From Alphaproteobacteria bacterium (GTDB lineage: Bacteria; Pseudomonadota; Alphaproteobacteria; UBA828), in assembly GCA_965214705.1 (NCBI GenBank), contig OZ243972.1, positions 3,104,001 through 3,168,000 of the forward strand: 64,000 nucleotides of DNA, written 5' to 3'. The position numbers and the translations under genes were made by a program. The notes under the pieces are model-generated. The model was not told where the DNA came from. It did no database searches and was given only the letters and a program-made list of their open reading frames with translations. This document shows, in pieces, positions 30,408-41,584 of the stretch (position 1 is its first letter; each line of letters starts with the position of its first letter).

Positions 30408-33400
30408 GTGGAGGGCACGGTTGTGAGCAGCAGGGCGACGGACGTGTTCGATGCGCTCATCATCGGCGGAGGGACGTCGGGGGGTGTCGTCGCGAAGCAT
30501 CTCTCCGAGGCCGGTATGAAGGTGGTGGTGCTCGAGCAGGGTGAGTGGCCGGACCGCGACGATCTGCCCGGCGAGAAGGTCGAGTACGAGTTTCTCGCCG
30601 CGATGAAGTGGTGGCCCAATCCGAATGTTCGCGACAACCCGGCGGACTACCCGATCAACATCGACGACTCCGACACCGAAATCTGGATGTACAACGGCGT
30701 AGGGGGATCCAGCGTGCTCTGGGCGGGGTGTTGGACACGGGCCCTGCCGTCCGACTTTCGGGTCCGCACGCTCGACGGCGTCTGCGACGATTGGCCGATC
30801 ACGTATGAGGACCTGTTGCCCTTCTACCAGGAGATGGACCACGAGATCGGCGCCGCGGTGAAGCCGGGCAACACGGCGTACCCGCGCGACTCGCGGCCGG
30901 CCCCGATGGACGCCCATCCCATCAATCTGGGCGGGCGCAAGGCGGCCGAAGGCCTGAACAAGCTCGGCTGGCACTGGTGGCCGGGACATAACGGCATCCC
31001 GACGAAGGACTACAACAACCTGAAACAGTGCGAGCGCCTGGGAGTTTGCAGGATGGGATGCCCAAACAACTCCAAGTTTTCGTCAGATCTGACCCATTTT
31101 CCGATCGCGATAAAGCACGGAGCGCGCGTTGTCACCGGCGCACGAGTGTCGGAAATCACCCTGGACGAGGGGTGTGATTCTCGTATGGCGATATGCCAGT
31201 CGTGATGGCGCTAAAGGATATGGGCTGGTTCATTTTGGTCAAGCAGCGAGTGCCAGGACTTCGGTTGGGCTGATGTTGTCGTTAGCTGGTCCGGATCGGG
31301 CGTCCATGAGCGCATCCCATGCCCGGTCGAAGAGGCCGGATTTGATCAGGGCGCGGAAGGTCAGAACCGCCTGCCCGCCGTCGATCCGCCAGCGCATGCC
31401 CGAGCGTTTCAAGCGCTGCGCGACGAGGGTCTTGCAGGCCGCCTCGACCACACCCGAGCCGATGGCGATGCCCTCTTCCTTCAGGGCGTGGTAGCGCATC
31501 CGATGGCGGTGCTTTCGGAAGAAGGCCAGTTCGCGCTCGATCTCGGCCGGGTCCCCCTTTGCCCTGTCCAGGAGGTAGCGCAGTGCCCGGATCACCTTGT
31601 CGACGCCGCGGGGGTCGTGGCGCAGGATTTCGCGGTGCTTCTCGAACCAGTGGCGCGCCACCGCATGGTCAGAGGCCACGCGGAGATGCTCGCAAGCGTG
31701 CCAGAAGTCGATGACCTCGGTCTCGGGCGAGAGGCTTTCGAGGAAGGTCCAGTTGTCGGCGGCCCCGTCGGCGACGGCGCCGATCCTGATCTTCGGGCTC
31801 ACACGGCGGATATGGGCGACCTCGCTTGCAAGTTGCGCTTTCAGCGCGGCCTTGCCGCTCTCGGGCATACGGCCGAGATAGAGGGTCTTCAGCCGTTGGC
31901 CCTCGGCGTCGTGGAAGGAGACCGTGCCGCAAGAGGCCTCGCGCCAGCACGCCTCGGCACGGCCGTCCTCGCCGGCCCGCAGCGCCACCATGACGCCGTC
32001 AAGGGAGACGGACGCGGTGACCGCATCGGGCGGTATGCCCTGGGTTTCACGGATGCTGGCCAGCGTCTCCGGGGCGACGCTCTCCCAGTGCTCATGCATG
32101 CTCAGGGCCAGGCGCTGCAGCGTGCTCACCGACGGCGTCATTCCGCCCATTTTCGCGAAGAACTCCTCCGCTTCACGCGGCGTACAGTGGCCCATCATCA
32201 TCAGCCCGAGCTGCGCCGCCGGCCGCGTCAGGTAGTCGTCGATGAGGCCCAGGCTCTCGTCCACCGGCACCAGCGACGTGCTGCTCGCGCCGCTGCGATA
32301 GCGCGCACGCCGATAGGTCACGGGACCGAGCGTCGTCATGATCGTCTTCGGCGTCGCCGCCACCCGGACCCAGCTCTGTCCGTCGCGCTCGATCCGGCTC
32401 GCACCGTCGTCGCGGCTCTCGGCGAAGGCCCCAAGGAGCTTGCAACCCAAGCCGTTCATGGCGTCCCGCAGCCCCGTCTCAACCGTTTCGAACGTCTCGG
32501 CAGACGGGTCAGACCCAGCCTGTTCGCGACAGAACTCCACCACCTGGGCGACCGCTTCGGCGACTTCGGCAGGCAGGCCCAAAAGGTCGATGGACGAGGC
32601 GATGAGAGACTGCGACACTGGCATGGGAACGCTCCTGATGTTGGGTCTGATGTTGGGTTGTCGGCGCGGCATCCTACCGCATCTCGCGGTGCGGAGCGTT
32701 CCCACCCACCACTGCTGGATGCCGCCGTTGTGACAAAATCCGGCCCTGCACCGGCCGATTGTCACGAAAACCCGATTCTGGCTGCCTACGGCCACCCGCC
32801 AATCGCGCTAAATCAATGACTTACGATCGCCATGCCAGACCTACACCCTGGACGAGAACGGGAGGGCCAACGGAGCAAGGTATTTCCGAAACGGCAGGCA
32901 ACGATCCATCGCGGCATCGCGGGTCATTGTCGCGTGCAACGGAATTGGCACGCCGCGCCTGCTGTTGTTGTCGAAGTCTGAACGCTTTCCCAATGGCCTG
33001 GCGAATTCGTCCGGCTTGGTAGGTAAGCGACTCATGACGCACCCGTACGGCACGGCTATCGGAATCTACGATGAGTTCCTCGAGGACTGGCTCGGACCCG
33101 TTGGCGAGATGGTCCAGTCGCTCGAGTTCTACGAGACGGATGCCAGCCGCGGCTTCGTACGCGGCGCAAAGTGGCACATCATGGCAACCGGCGGGCCCAT
33201 GCAGAGCGTGGGCAGAATGAAGGTGGATATGGAGTGGCCCGACGACTTCTGGGGCGAGAATTTTTGCAAGACCATGAAGGAGGCAATCGGCCACATCATC
33301 GAGTGGTGTGTCGTGCCCGAGGATCTCCCCGAAGAAACGAATTGCGTGACCCTGGACCCGGTGCTCAAAGATACGGATGGTCTTCCGGCGGCTAAGGTTC

Positions 33401-33747
33401 GCTACAAGCTGTCGAACAACACGCAGAACCTATTGGACTTTCATCTGAAGAAGGCGCTCGAATTGCATCGCGCGTCGGGCGCCAAGAAAGCCTGGATCAA
33501 TGGTCGGGCGTTCGCGTCCGGACACAATATGGGTACGACCAAGATGGGCGACGATCCGTGCACGTCGGTGGTGAACGGATTCGGACAGACGCATGACGTC
33601 CCCAATCTCTATATCGTCGACGGCAGCGTTTTCACGACGTCAACCGGCGTGAATCCCACGGCGACGATATGCGCCATTGCGAAGCGTACCGCGACCCATA
33701 TCGCAGACAGCGCCCGGAAAGACACGACAGGAGTCGCGCATGGCTGA
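30408..33747 (+). pseudogene. GMC oxidoreductase interrupted by an ISKra4-type IS (coding parts 30408-31169 and 32857-33747)
   Basis: Removing the IS and one TSD restores ...EITLDE|NGRANGARY...NGIGTPRLLLLS in frame. Motifs IGGGTSG, HNMGT and NPTAT. Confidence 0.9.
31170..32848 (-). mobile_element. ISKra4/ISLre2-type IS, copy B, 1679 bp (transposase ORF 31239..32795)
   Basis: 8-bp TSD TGGACGAG at 31162-31169 and 32849-32856. Near-identical to 1283-2961. Confidence 0.93.
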
Positions 33748-34192
33748 AACCGTCGAGAGCCTGGCCGACTCGCTGTGGAGGCAACGGCTGGCGGCCTTTG
33801 CCGACGCTCTCATACCGGGCGATGCCGGCATGCCCTCTGCCAGCGCAGCCGGTGTCCACAAAGCTGGGATCGACAGGGCGCTCGCCTGCAGGCCGGACCT
33901 ACGGGAACTGGTCACTGGCGTGATCGGCGTCGACGCAGAACCTTGCGAGGCGCTGGATCGGCTGCAGGCGGAGGAGCCCGGTGTCTTCGACCGGTTCGCC
34001 GTCACCATCGCCGGAATCTATTTCATGAATCCAAACGTCCGTCGATTGGTGGGATATCCCGGCGATGCTCCACAGCGCAAGCGAGCCAAGCCGGGCGAGG
34101 CGGAAGAGTATCTGAAAGACGGCATTCTGGACCCTGTCATCGAACGTGGACCCATCTATCGCCCGACGCCGACGCGACTTGCCGGGGGCTGA
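33740..34192 (+). CDS. Gluconate 2-dehydrogenase subunit-3-like small protein
   Basis: ADALIPG..GMPSAS.AGV and YFMNP.VRRLVGYPG. Overlaps the GMC stop codon. Confidence 0.7.
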   Translation: MAETVESLADSLWRQRLAAFADALIPGDAGMPSASAAGVHKAGIDRALACRPDLRELVTGVIGVDAEPCEALDRLQAEEPGVFDRFAVTIAGIYFMNPNVRRLVGYPGDAPQRKRAKPGEAEEYLKDGILDPVIERGPIYRPTPTRLAGG

Positions 34193-34418
34193 AGGTCCGC
34201 TGGCCCGAACGAGAATGGCTGTCGACATTGGCTGGTCGTCCCTGCGTCACGCCCGCCATCTGATACGGAGGAGTGAAGAGTCGGTCAGTGAACGTGGTGG
34301 TGGAACTCTTCGATTCACGCGGTAGGGCGCGCACTAACCGGTCTCTCCGGCCGACTCTGCCGACCGTCGGCCTTCACGAGCATCGACTTCTTATCGGCGG
34401 GACGGGCGGGAGCCGATC

Positions 34419-35189
34419 ATGAACATACTGGTCCTGCTGCGTCTGACGCCCGACCCGGCAAGCGAATTCGAGATCCTTCAGGACGGTACCGGTATCGACT
34501 ACGAGTGGGTGGACTACAAGATGAACGAATTCGACGAGCACGCGCTCGAGGAAGCGATCCTGCTCAAAGAAGCCTGTGGCGCTCGGGTATCGGTCATCGG
34601 CACGGGAGAGGGGACGGTCCGCGCCCTGCAGATGGCGGCGGCGCGTGGCGCCGACGACGTCTTTCTGCTCGAATACGAAGGCGATTCCTTCCTGAATTCG
34701 AGGCGGCTGGCCGCGAACCTGGCCGAATGGGTACGGGAGAACGACGTCGATCTCATCCTTAGTGGCGTACTGGCCGGAGAGGATCTCTTCGGCCAGTTCG
34801 TGCCTTTCGTGGGAGCCGCGCTGGACTGGCCGCACGTTTCCGGCTCGAGCCGACTGTCGCTCTCCGGCGATACCTTGTCCGTAGCCGTCGAAATCGGCGG
34901 TGGCGCCGTCGCGAACTACAGCATGTCATTGCCTGCCGTTATCGGCGTGCAAACGGCGTCGAGGGCACTGCGCTATGTGACGGGCAGCATGCTGAAGGAG
35001 GCCATGACGGTTCCGATCGGAACCGTGGATCCCATCGACGACATCGTGCATGCGGATGTCGAAATCGCATCGGTGACTCTGCCGCCTCAAGCCAACGCCG
35101 AAATCCTGGGTGAGGATGCCGCGGATGCTGCCGATAAAGTGGCGCGTATCCTCGCAGACGTCGGTCTAATCGGGGGGAAGCCGCAATGA
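34419..35189 (+). CDS. etfB: Electron transfer flavoprotein beta subunit
   Basis: MNEFDEHALEEAILLKE, ARGAD, LPAVIGVQ. Confidence 0.9.
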   Translation: MNILVLLRLTPDPASEFEILQDGTGIDYEWVDYKMNEFDEHALEEAILLKEACGARVSVIGTGEGTVRALQMAAARGADDVFLLEYEGDSFLNSRRLAANLAEWVRENDVDLILSGVLAGEDLFGQFVPFVGAALDWPHVSGSSRLSLSGDTLSVAVEIGGGAVANYSMSLPAVIGVQTASRALRYVTGSMLKEAMTVPIGTVDPIDDIVHADVEIASVTLPPQANAEILGEDAADAADKVARILADVGLIGGKPQ

Positions 35190-36154
35190 AACTTCTTGTT
35201 TGCGCGGAAGCACGCTCGGGTGAGCTTGATCGGGTTAGCCTGGAGTTGCTGCAGGCCGCGCGGGGTATTGCTCGGAACGGCGATGAAGTGACGGCTCTGG
35301 TTGTTGCCGATGGAGGACACTCTGCTGCACAGCACCTCGGCGCGGTGGACCGGCTGATTTTGGCGCTAGACCCGGCGCTTGCCAAACCCACTGCGGAGGC
35401 ATATCGGCGCATTCTCTGCGATGTCACGGCGAGGTATCGGCCGGATCTCGTGCTGATTGCCTATTCGACGACCGGCCTCGGCATCTCCGCAGATCTGGCG
35501 TTTCGGGCGGACCTTCCGCTCGTCGCGTATGTGATCGACCTGCAACGCTCCGAGCAATCGATTTCAGCCACCGCCCAGGTTCACGGCGGCAAGTTACTCG
35601 CCAATGTGAAGATTAGCGGACCGGCTATCGTGCTGATCAATCCGGGAGCCTTCGAGGAGATCGCTTCCTGGCAGGTCGACCCTGCGTCGATCATCGACTA
35701 CGATCCGAAAGCGGATCTCGTAGACCTTAGGGTTCGTCTGACGGGAGAAGAGCCGCCGGAGCCCGCTGGATCGAACGTCGTCGATCTCTCAGCTGCCGAG
35801 TGTATCGTTTGTGTTGGCCGAGGCATCGGCGACGAGCACGGCATTCCGGAGCTCCGCAGACTGGCCGTTCTCCTGAATGCCGAGCTCGCCGGCAGCCGAC
35901 CGATCATCGACAATGGCTGGCTTCCGAAACATCTCCAGGTCGGCAAGTCGGGCCGCAAGGTCAAGCCGCGACTCTATCTCGCTCTCGGCATTTCCGGTGC
36001 CCCGGAGCATTTGGAGGGCATGGTGCGATCCGATCTGATCATCGCCGTCAACACTGATCCGCAAGCTCCCATCTTCGGTGTCGCGCATTATGGCGCGGTT
36101 TGCGATGTTCACGGCTTTGCCGCTGCCCTAAGCAGTCGCCTCGAGGACGGGTAA
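35186..36154 (+). CDS. etfA: Electron transfer flavoprotein alpha subunit
   Basis: GSRPIIDNGW, QVGKSG, GISGAPEH, AVNTDPQAPIF. Confidence 0.93.
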   Translation: MKLLVCAEARSGELDRVSLELLQAARGIARNGDEVTALVVADGGHSAAQHLGAVDRLILALDPALAKPTAEAYRRILCDVTARYRPDLVLIAYSTTGLGISADLAFRADLPLVAYVIDLQRSEQSISATAQVHGGKLLANVKISGPAIVLINPGAFEEIASWQVDPASIIDYDPKADLVDLRVRLTGEEPPEPAGSNVVDLSAAECIVCVGRGIGDEHGIPELRRLAVLLNAELAGSRPIIDNGWLPKHLQVGKSGRKVKPRLYLALGISGAPEHLEGMVRSDLIIAVNTDPQAPIFGVAHYGAVCDVHGFAAALSSRLEDG

Positions 36155-36212
36155 GAGCAACCGGCAATCGATGATGGCGTTGCTCTCCGCGGTGGCATGA
36201 AGGAGAACCATC

Positions 36213-39200
36213 GTGTGGGACAAGACCACGGTCCTCTCGATCGTCACCGCGGTGAGTGTCGGGATTTTCCTGGCTCGCTTCTACCGGATTTTGCGGCCGC
36301 TGTTCCTCGCCCCGGCCGAATCGCGTTTCGACCGGGCGGGAGAACGTCTCGCGGGCGTGGCCGTTGCGGTCGGCCTGCATCGCCGCTTGCTCAGGAGCCA
36401 CTTGCAAAATTCCGCATTTGAGCGGGATTTTGCCGCCGTGGCGGTCAGATTGTCCTGGAAATCGGGACCGCTCTCTGTTCCTGTCGGGTTTCGGACAACG
36501 TCGACGGAGAGGGCGGCCCCATGTCGCTGGGACAGACACTATCCGGATTCTGGCATCACATTCAAGCGGATCTTTTCCCGTGGCTTGAGGAGGAGCTCGG
36601 GCCGCTCGGCGAGAGGTACCGGCGCTTCGTCACCGTGCTTGAGCTTGCGCGGGTCGAGAGCTTCCTTCCCCATTTCCATGGCCTGCCCGGTCGGCCGGTC
36701 GAGGATCGGGCGGCCTTGGCCCGCGCCTTCATCGCCAAGGCGGTGTTCGACGTACCCACGACGCGCGCCCTGATCGAGCGCCTTGAGAACGACAAGACGC
36801 TACGCCGTCTCTGCGGCTGGACCTATGCCGCAGAGATCCCGAGCGAGGCGACGTTTTCGCGGGCGTTTGCGGAGTTCTCCGAGAGTGCGTTGCCCGCTCG
36901 CGTGCATGAGGCGCTGATCAAGCAGACCCTCGGAGACCATCTGGTCGGGCACGTCTCGCGCGACTCGACGGCGATCGAGGCGCGCGAGAAGCCTCAGCCC
37001 AAGCCCAAGGCGGAGAAGCCGAAGCGCAAGCGCGGCCGCCCGCGCAAGGGCGAGGAGCGGCCCAAGGAGGAGCGCCGCGTGAAACGCCAGCTCACGATGA
37101 GCTTGCCCCAGATGCTCGACGACCTGCCGAAAGCCTGCGACGTCGGCACCAAGCGCAACGCCAGGGGCCATACCACATCGTGGATCGGTTACAAGCTGCA
37201 CATCGACGCCGCCGATGGCGGCATTCCGATCAGTTGCATCCTGACGTCCGCCTCGCTGCACGACAGCCAGGCCGCGATCCCGCTGGCGAGTATGACCGCC
37301 GACCGCGTCACCAATCTGTACGACCTCATGGACTCAGCCTATGACGCGCCCGAGATCGGCTGGCACAGCTACCTGCTGGGCCACGTCCCGATCATCGACG
37401 TCAACCCTCGCGACAAGGAGTACAAGGAGGAGCTGGCGCGCGAGGCCAGGGCGCAGAGAGGCGTCGGTCACCGCCACCCGGCGGACGAGCGCTACAACGA
37501 GCGCTCGAACATCGAGCGCATCAACGGTGGGCTGAAGGACAACTGCGGGGGCCGCCATGTCCGCGTGTGCGGCCATGCCAAGGTTCATTGCCACCTGATG
37601 TTCGGCATCCTGGTGCTGACGGTCGACCAGCTGATGCGCCTCCTGGCCTGAGCGGCGCCTCCGTCGCTGTCACGCCGGCACGCCTCCCTCCGCGGAGGCG
37701 CAAAAAGCCATGTCCGCATCGCGACGGCGGGTCCAAAATGCGCCCGCATGGGCATCGGTTTGCGGCGAATCGGCGCCCCGGCGGCAGCCAGCGACGTCCG
37801 CTCGTCCCGAAGTTCATGTTACGTTCCGACCGTCAATGTCCTCACGCCGGGCTCTCGGGAAAAGCAGACCGCGCCTGGGAGTTTTGCAAGTGGCTCTCAG
37901 GATACGCTTTGGCGGGGCGCTTCACGCCTTCATATTCACCAGTTTCCTCGTCCTTTTTACCGCCATCGTGGAATCGTTCGGGTCGGGTCTCTTCCCCGGC
38001 TTCTCACTGGCACCGATCGGGGGCGACAACTGGATCGCCGTCTTGCAGGACTTGTTTGCGGTGCTTCTGCTCGTCGTCATCCTGTTGGCGGCACACCAGC
38101 GCCTGATCCTGCGCTTGCCGCGCTTCGGCGGGTCGAACACGACCGACGCCGTCGTGATCTACGGCCTCGTAGTTGCAATCGTCGTCTCCATGATCCTGGA
38201 ATTTGCCGGCGGCATTGCGGCCGGCGGCAACGCATCCGCAGCTTGGCGACCGCTGAGCAGTGCCGTCGCCTCGCTCCTGACCGCCGCCGGCGCGTCGGGG
38301 GAGGCGGCCGTTCGCCTGGAGGAAGCGGCCTATTGGCTGCACGTCGCGGCGATCCTCGTTTTCCTCATCTATATCCCCGGGTCCAAGCACCGGCACATGT
38401 TTCTTGCGGCACCGAACGTCTACTTTCGCAACCTGAAGCCGAATGGCGTTCTGCCGCCGCCGCCGCCGGAGCGAGAGACGGCCGGTGTCGCGCGCATCGA
38501 CCAGTTTTCCTGGAAGAGCGTGCTGGACCTTTATAGCTGTACCGAGTGCGGTCGCTGTCAGGCAGTGTGCCCGGCTCATGCCTCCGGATTGCCCCTCAGC
38601 CCGAAGCTGCTCGTCATGGACCTGCGCGACCATCTCCGCGAAGGCACCGGGAGCAAGGACGGCGATCGTGCCCTGCTGGGGTCGGTCATATCGGAGGAAA
38701 CGCTGTGGGCGTGCACCACCTGCCGGGCATGCATGGAGGCCTGCCCGATCCACATTGAGCACGTCCCCAAAATCGTAGACATGCGCCGCCAGCTGGTCGA
38801 CGAGGCCAGGCTGGAGCCATTACTTCAGGAATCGCTGTCCAATCTGCAGCGGTCGGGCAATGCACTGGGCAAGCCCGCGAAGATGCGGGCCAGGTGGACG
38901 AGAGAACTGCCATTCAAGGTCAAGGACGCGCGCAGGGAGCCGGTCGACGTGCTGTGGTTCGTCGGAGATTTCGCTTCATACGATCCGCGCGCGCAGCGGA
39001 TCACCGTGGAGGTGGCCCGCATGCTCGTTGCCGCCGGGGTCGATTTTGGCATTCTTTATGACGCCGAGCACAACAGCGGCAACGACGTGCGGCGTGTCGG
39101 CGAGGAGGGGCTCTTCGAGATGCTCGCGCGCCACAATATCGAAGCGCTCGCCGGCTGCAGCTTCAATCGGATCATGACGACGGACCCCCACAGCCTCAAT

Positions 39201-39683
39201 GCATTGCGTCAGGAGTACGCGCTCTATGGAGCCGTCTACCAGGTCGTGCATTACACCGAACTTCTCGTGGAACTCCTGGACGACAACAGGCTCGTTCTAG
39301 AGAAGGCGGCCGGCGAGGTAGTGACCTATCACGACCCCTGCTATCTGGGGCGCTACAACGGCGGCTTCGACGCTCCGCGAGCCATCATCGAGCGGGCCGG
39401 CTACACCCTGCGGGAGATGGGCCGTTGCCGCGAGAACAGCTTTTGCTGCGGTGCCGGGGGCGGTCGCATATGGAGCGACGACAGCGGCGTCGCCGAGCGA
39501 CCGAGCGAGAACCGGATCATGGAAGCGCTCGCTTTGGGCGATGCCAGGGCCTTCGTTGTCGCCTGCCCGAAGGATACGGTCATGTACACGGCCGCGGTCC
39601 AGGCTCTGGGGGTGGAAGACCGAATCGTGGTCCGCGATGTGATCGACCTGATGGAGATTACCCAGCCGAAAAAGCCATTGTAA
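36213..39683 (+). pseudogene. FadF/HdrD-like membrane Fe-S (CCG-domain) oxidoreductase interrupted by an IS (coding parts 36213-36394 and 37901-39683)
   Basis: Removing the IS restores HRRLLR|IRFGGALH. Motifs CTECGRCQAVCP, CTTCRACMEACP, YHDPCYLGR and CCGAGGG. Confidence 0.88.
36395..37896 (+). mobile_element. IS1182/IS5-like DDE insertion sequence (transposase 36521..37651)
   Basis: IRs GAGCCACTTGCAAAA at both ends. 4-bp TSD TCAG at 36391-94 and 37897-900. Motifs SRDSTAI, GYKLH, LHDSQ, MDSAYD, RSNIER. Confidence 0.88.
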
Positions 39684-39689
39684 TGCGGC

Positions 39690-39980
39690 TTGAATCAGCT
39701 CGAAGCGCTGACCATAGCCGACCACGTGGCAATCATGCACCAGGGCGGGCTGCAGCAGGTGTGATCGTCCGAGGACGTCTACCGCCGCCCGGCCAACCGC
39801 TTCGTCGCCGCCTTCGTCGGCGAGCCGCCCGTGAATGTCATCCGGGCCACGGGTAGCGCCGGGCTCAGGATGCGCGAAGGCGAGATCGTGCGGCTCCACC
39901 CGAGAGCGGACCGCATTCGCTTCTTCGATGCGGCCACCGGCGTGGCAGTCGGGCAATCGGTAGGCTCCGGCGCTGACTGA
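39690..39980 (+). pseudogene. C-terminal remnant of a MalK-like ABC ATPase
   Basis: [43 protein letters not shown] has an internal stop and no N-terminus. Confidence 0.7.
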
Positions 39981-40004
39981 ACAACGAAGAGAAGGGACAT
40001 CTCA

Positions 40005-40976
40005 ATGGCGCAGAAGATTATCATCGATACCGACATCGGCACCTACTACGACGATGCGCTCGCCGTCTCCGTCGGCTGCCAGTCGCCGGAGCTGGACCTG
40101 CTGGGCGTCACCACCGTCTATGGCGACACTCACCTGCGCTCGCGGATTGCGCGCAAGGTGCTCGACGTGAACGGCCGGCCCGACGTGCCGGTCGCCCGCG
40201 GCGTGGGTCAGCCGCTCGGCGGCAACTACCTGATGTTCGGCTTCGAGGGCGAAGGCATCCTCGAGGAAGGCGACGGCGATCTCGCCTATCTCGACGAGCC
40301 GGCGCCCAACTTCATCATCCGCAACATCATGGAGAACCCGGGCGAGGTCACGGTGGTCACGCTCGGCGCCGTCAGCAACATGGCGGTCGCCTACGTCCTG
40401 GAGCCGGCGATCAGGGAGAACATCAAGGAACTGATCATGATGGCCGGCGTGATCGTGCCCATCGTGGACGAGAAGGGGATCCGCCGCTCGCCGGTCGAGG
40501 AATACAACTTCAACAACGACCCCGTGGCGGCCCAGATCGTCTGCAACTCAGGGCTACCGATGGTGCTCTGCCCCATCGACGTGACGCTCAAGGTGCCGCT
40601 ACGCGACGACCAGCTCGCGACCATCAACGCCTCCGACCGACCGGTCGCGCAGATGGTGAGCCGCATCCTCGCGGTCTGGCCGCCGCAGGAGCGCCAGATC
40701 TACCTCTCGGTGGGCATCCCTACGGAGCACACCGGCCTCTGGCTACACGACCCGCTGGCGGTGACGCTGGCCCACGACAAGTCCTACTGCGAGATGACCC
40801 GGCTGCACATTTCGGCCGAGTTCGCGCCGACGCCAATCGACCGCGACCTCATCGTTCGGAACGACATCCTGCGCACCATCCCGCGCAAGCTGGAGCCCAA
40901 CATGGATGCCTGCGTGGATGTGGACGCCGACCGCTTCACGGCCTTCTTCACGGAGCGGATCGCCAAGGGCGCCTGA
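40005..40976 (+). CDS. Nucleoside hydrolase (IU-NH family)
   Basis: IIDTDIGTYYDDA, EYNFNNDP, LHDPLA. Confidence 0.92.
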   Translation: MAQKIIIDTDIGTYYDDALAVSVGCQSPELDLLGVTTVYGDTHLRSRIARKVLDVNGRPDVPVARGVGQPLGGNYLMFGFEGEGILEEGDGDLAYLDEPAPNFIIRNIMENPGEVTVVTLGAVSNMAVAYVLEPAIRENIKELIMMAGVIVPIVDEKGIRRSPVEEYNFNNDPVAAQIVCNSGLPMVLCPIDVTLKVPLRDDQLATINASDRPVAQMVSRILAVWPPQERQIYLSVGIPTEHTGLWLHDPLAVTLAHDKSYCEMTRLHISAEFAPTPIDRDLIVRNDILRTIPRKLEPNMDACVDVDADRFTAFFTERIAKGA

Positions 40977-41265
40977 GCGGCGTTCGACAGGTGCGGTTGC
41001 ACGGTCCTCGCCGACCCATGCTCCTCTCCAGGATGCCAAGTTGCCCTTGCCCAGGACGGCGGTCGGCTGGATCACGGCCATGATCGTGATCGACCGGCGA
41101 TCACGATGGCCTGGAGTTGGTGATTGCCCAGTCTCCTCGCGAGTGTTCGGCGCGCGTGTTGGACGCCGATCGGCGTAGTAAGGCATTGATTCGCCCTGAT
41201 TCGGAGGGGTCAAACGCCGCCGCCGAATAACAGTAACTAGGGGAGGAGCTCGGTAACGATCCCTC

Positions 41266-41517
41266 CTACCCGGCCATGTCCATGATGTCTGCGACCGATC
41301 GCCCAATCCGTTCGGCGGCAGCCTCGATTTCCCGGTCGCCGAGATGGGCGTAGCGCAGCGTCATGCGGACGTTGGAGTGACCCAGCATCCGTGAGACGAC
41401 CGGCACCGGGACGCCGTTCATCACCGCGTGGCTCGCATGGGTATGACGAAGATCGTGAAGGCGGACATCCTCGATTCCGGCCTCGCGGCGAACCCGCCAG
41501 CTCGCCGGCACGACCAT
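41266..41517 (-). pseudogene. C-terminal fragment of a tyrosine recombinase/integrase
   Basis: LHDLRHTHASH...MLGHSNVRMTLRYAH. The N-terminal part is absent. Confidence 0.85.
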
Positions 41518-41584
41518 CGCGCGGGTGTTGGATGGTAGGAAGTCAGTTCATACGGCTGATTCAAACCCAACTTCAACAGAGGGC

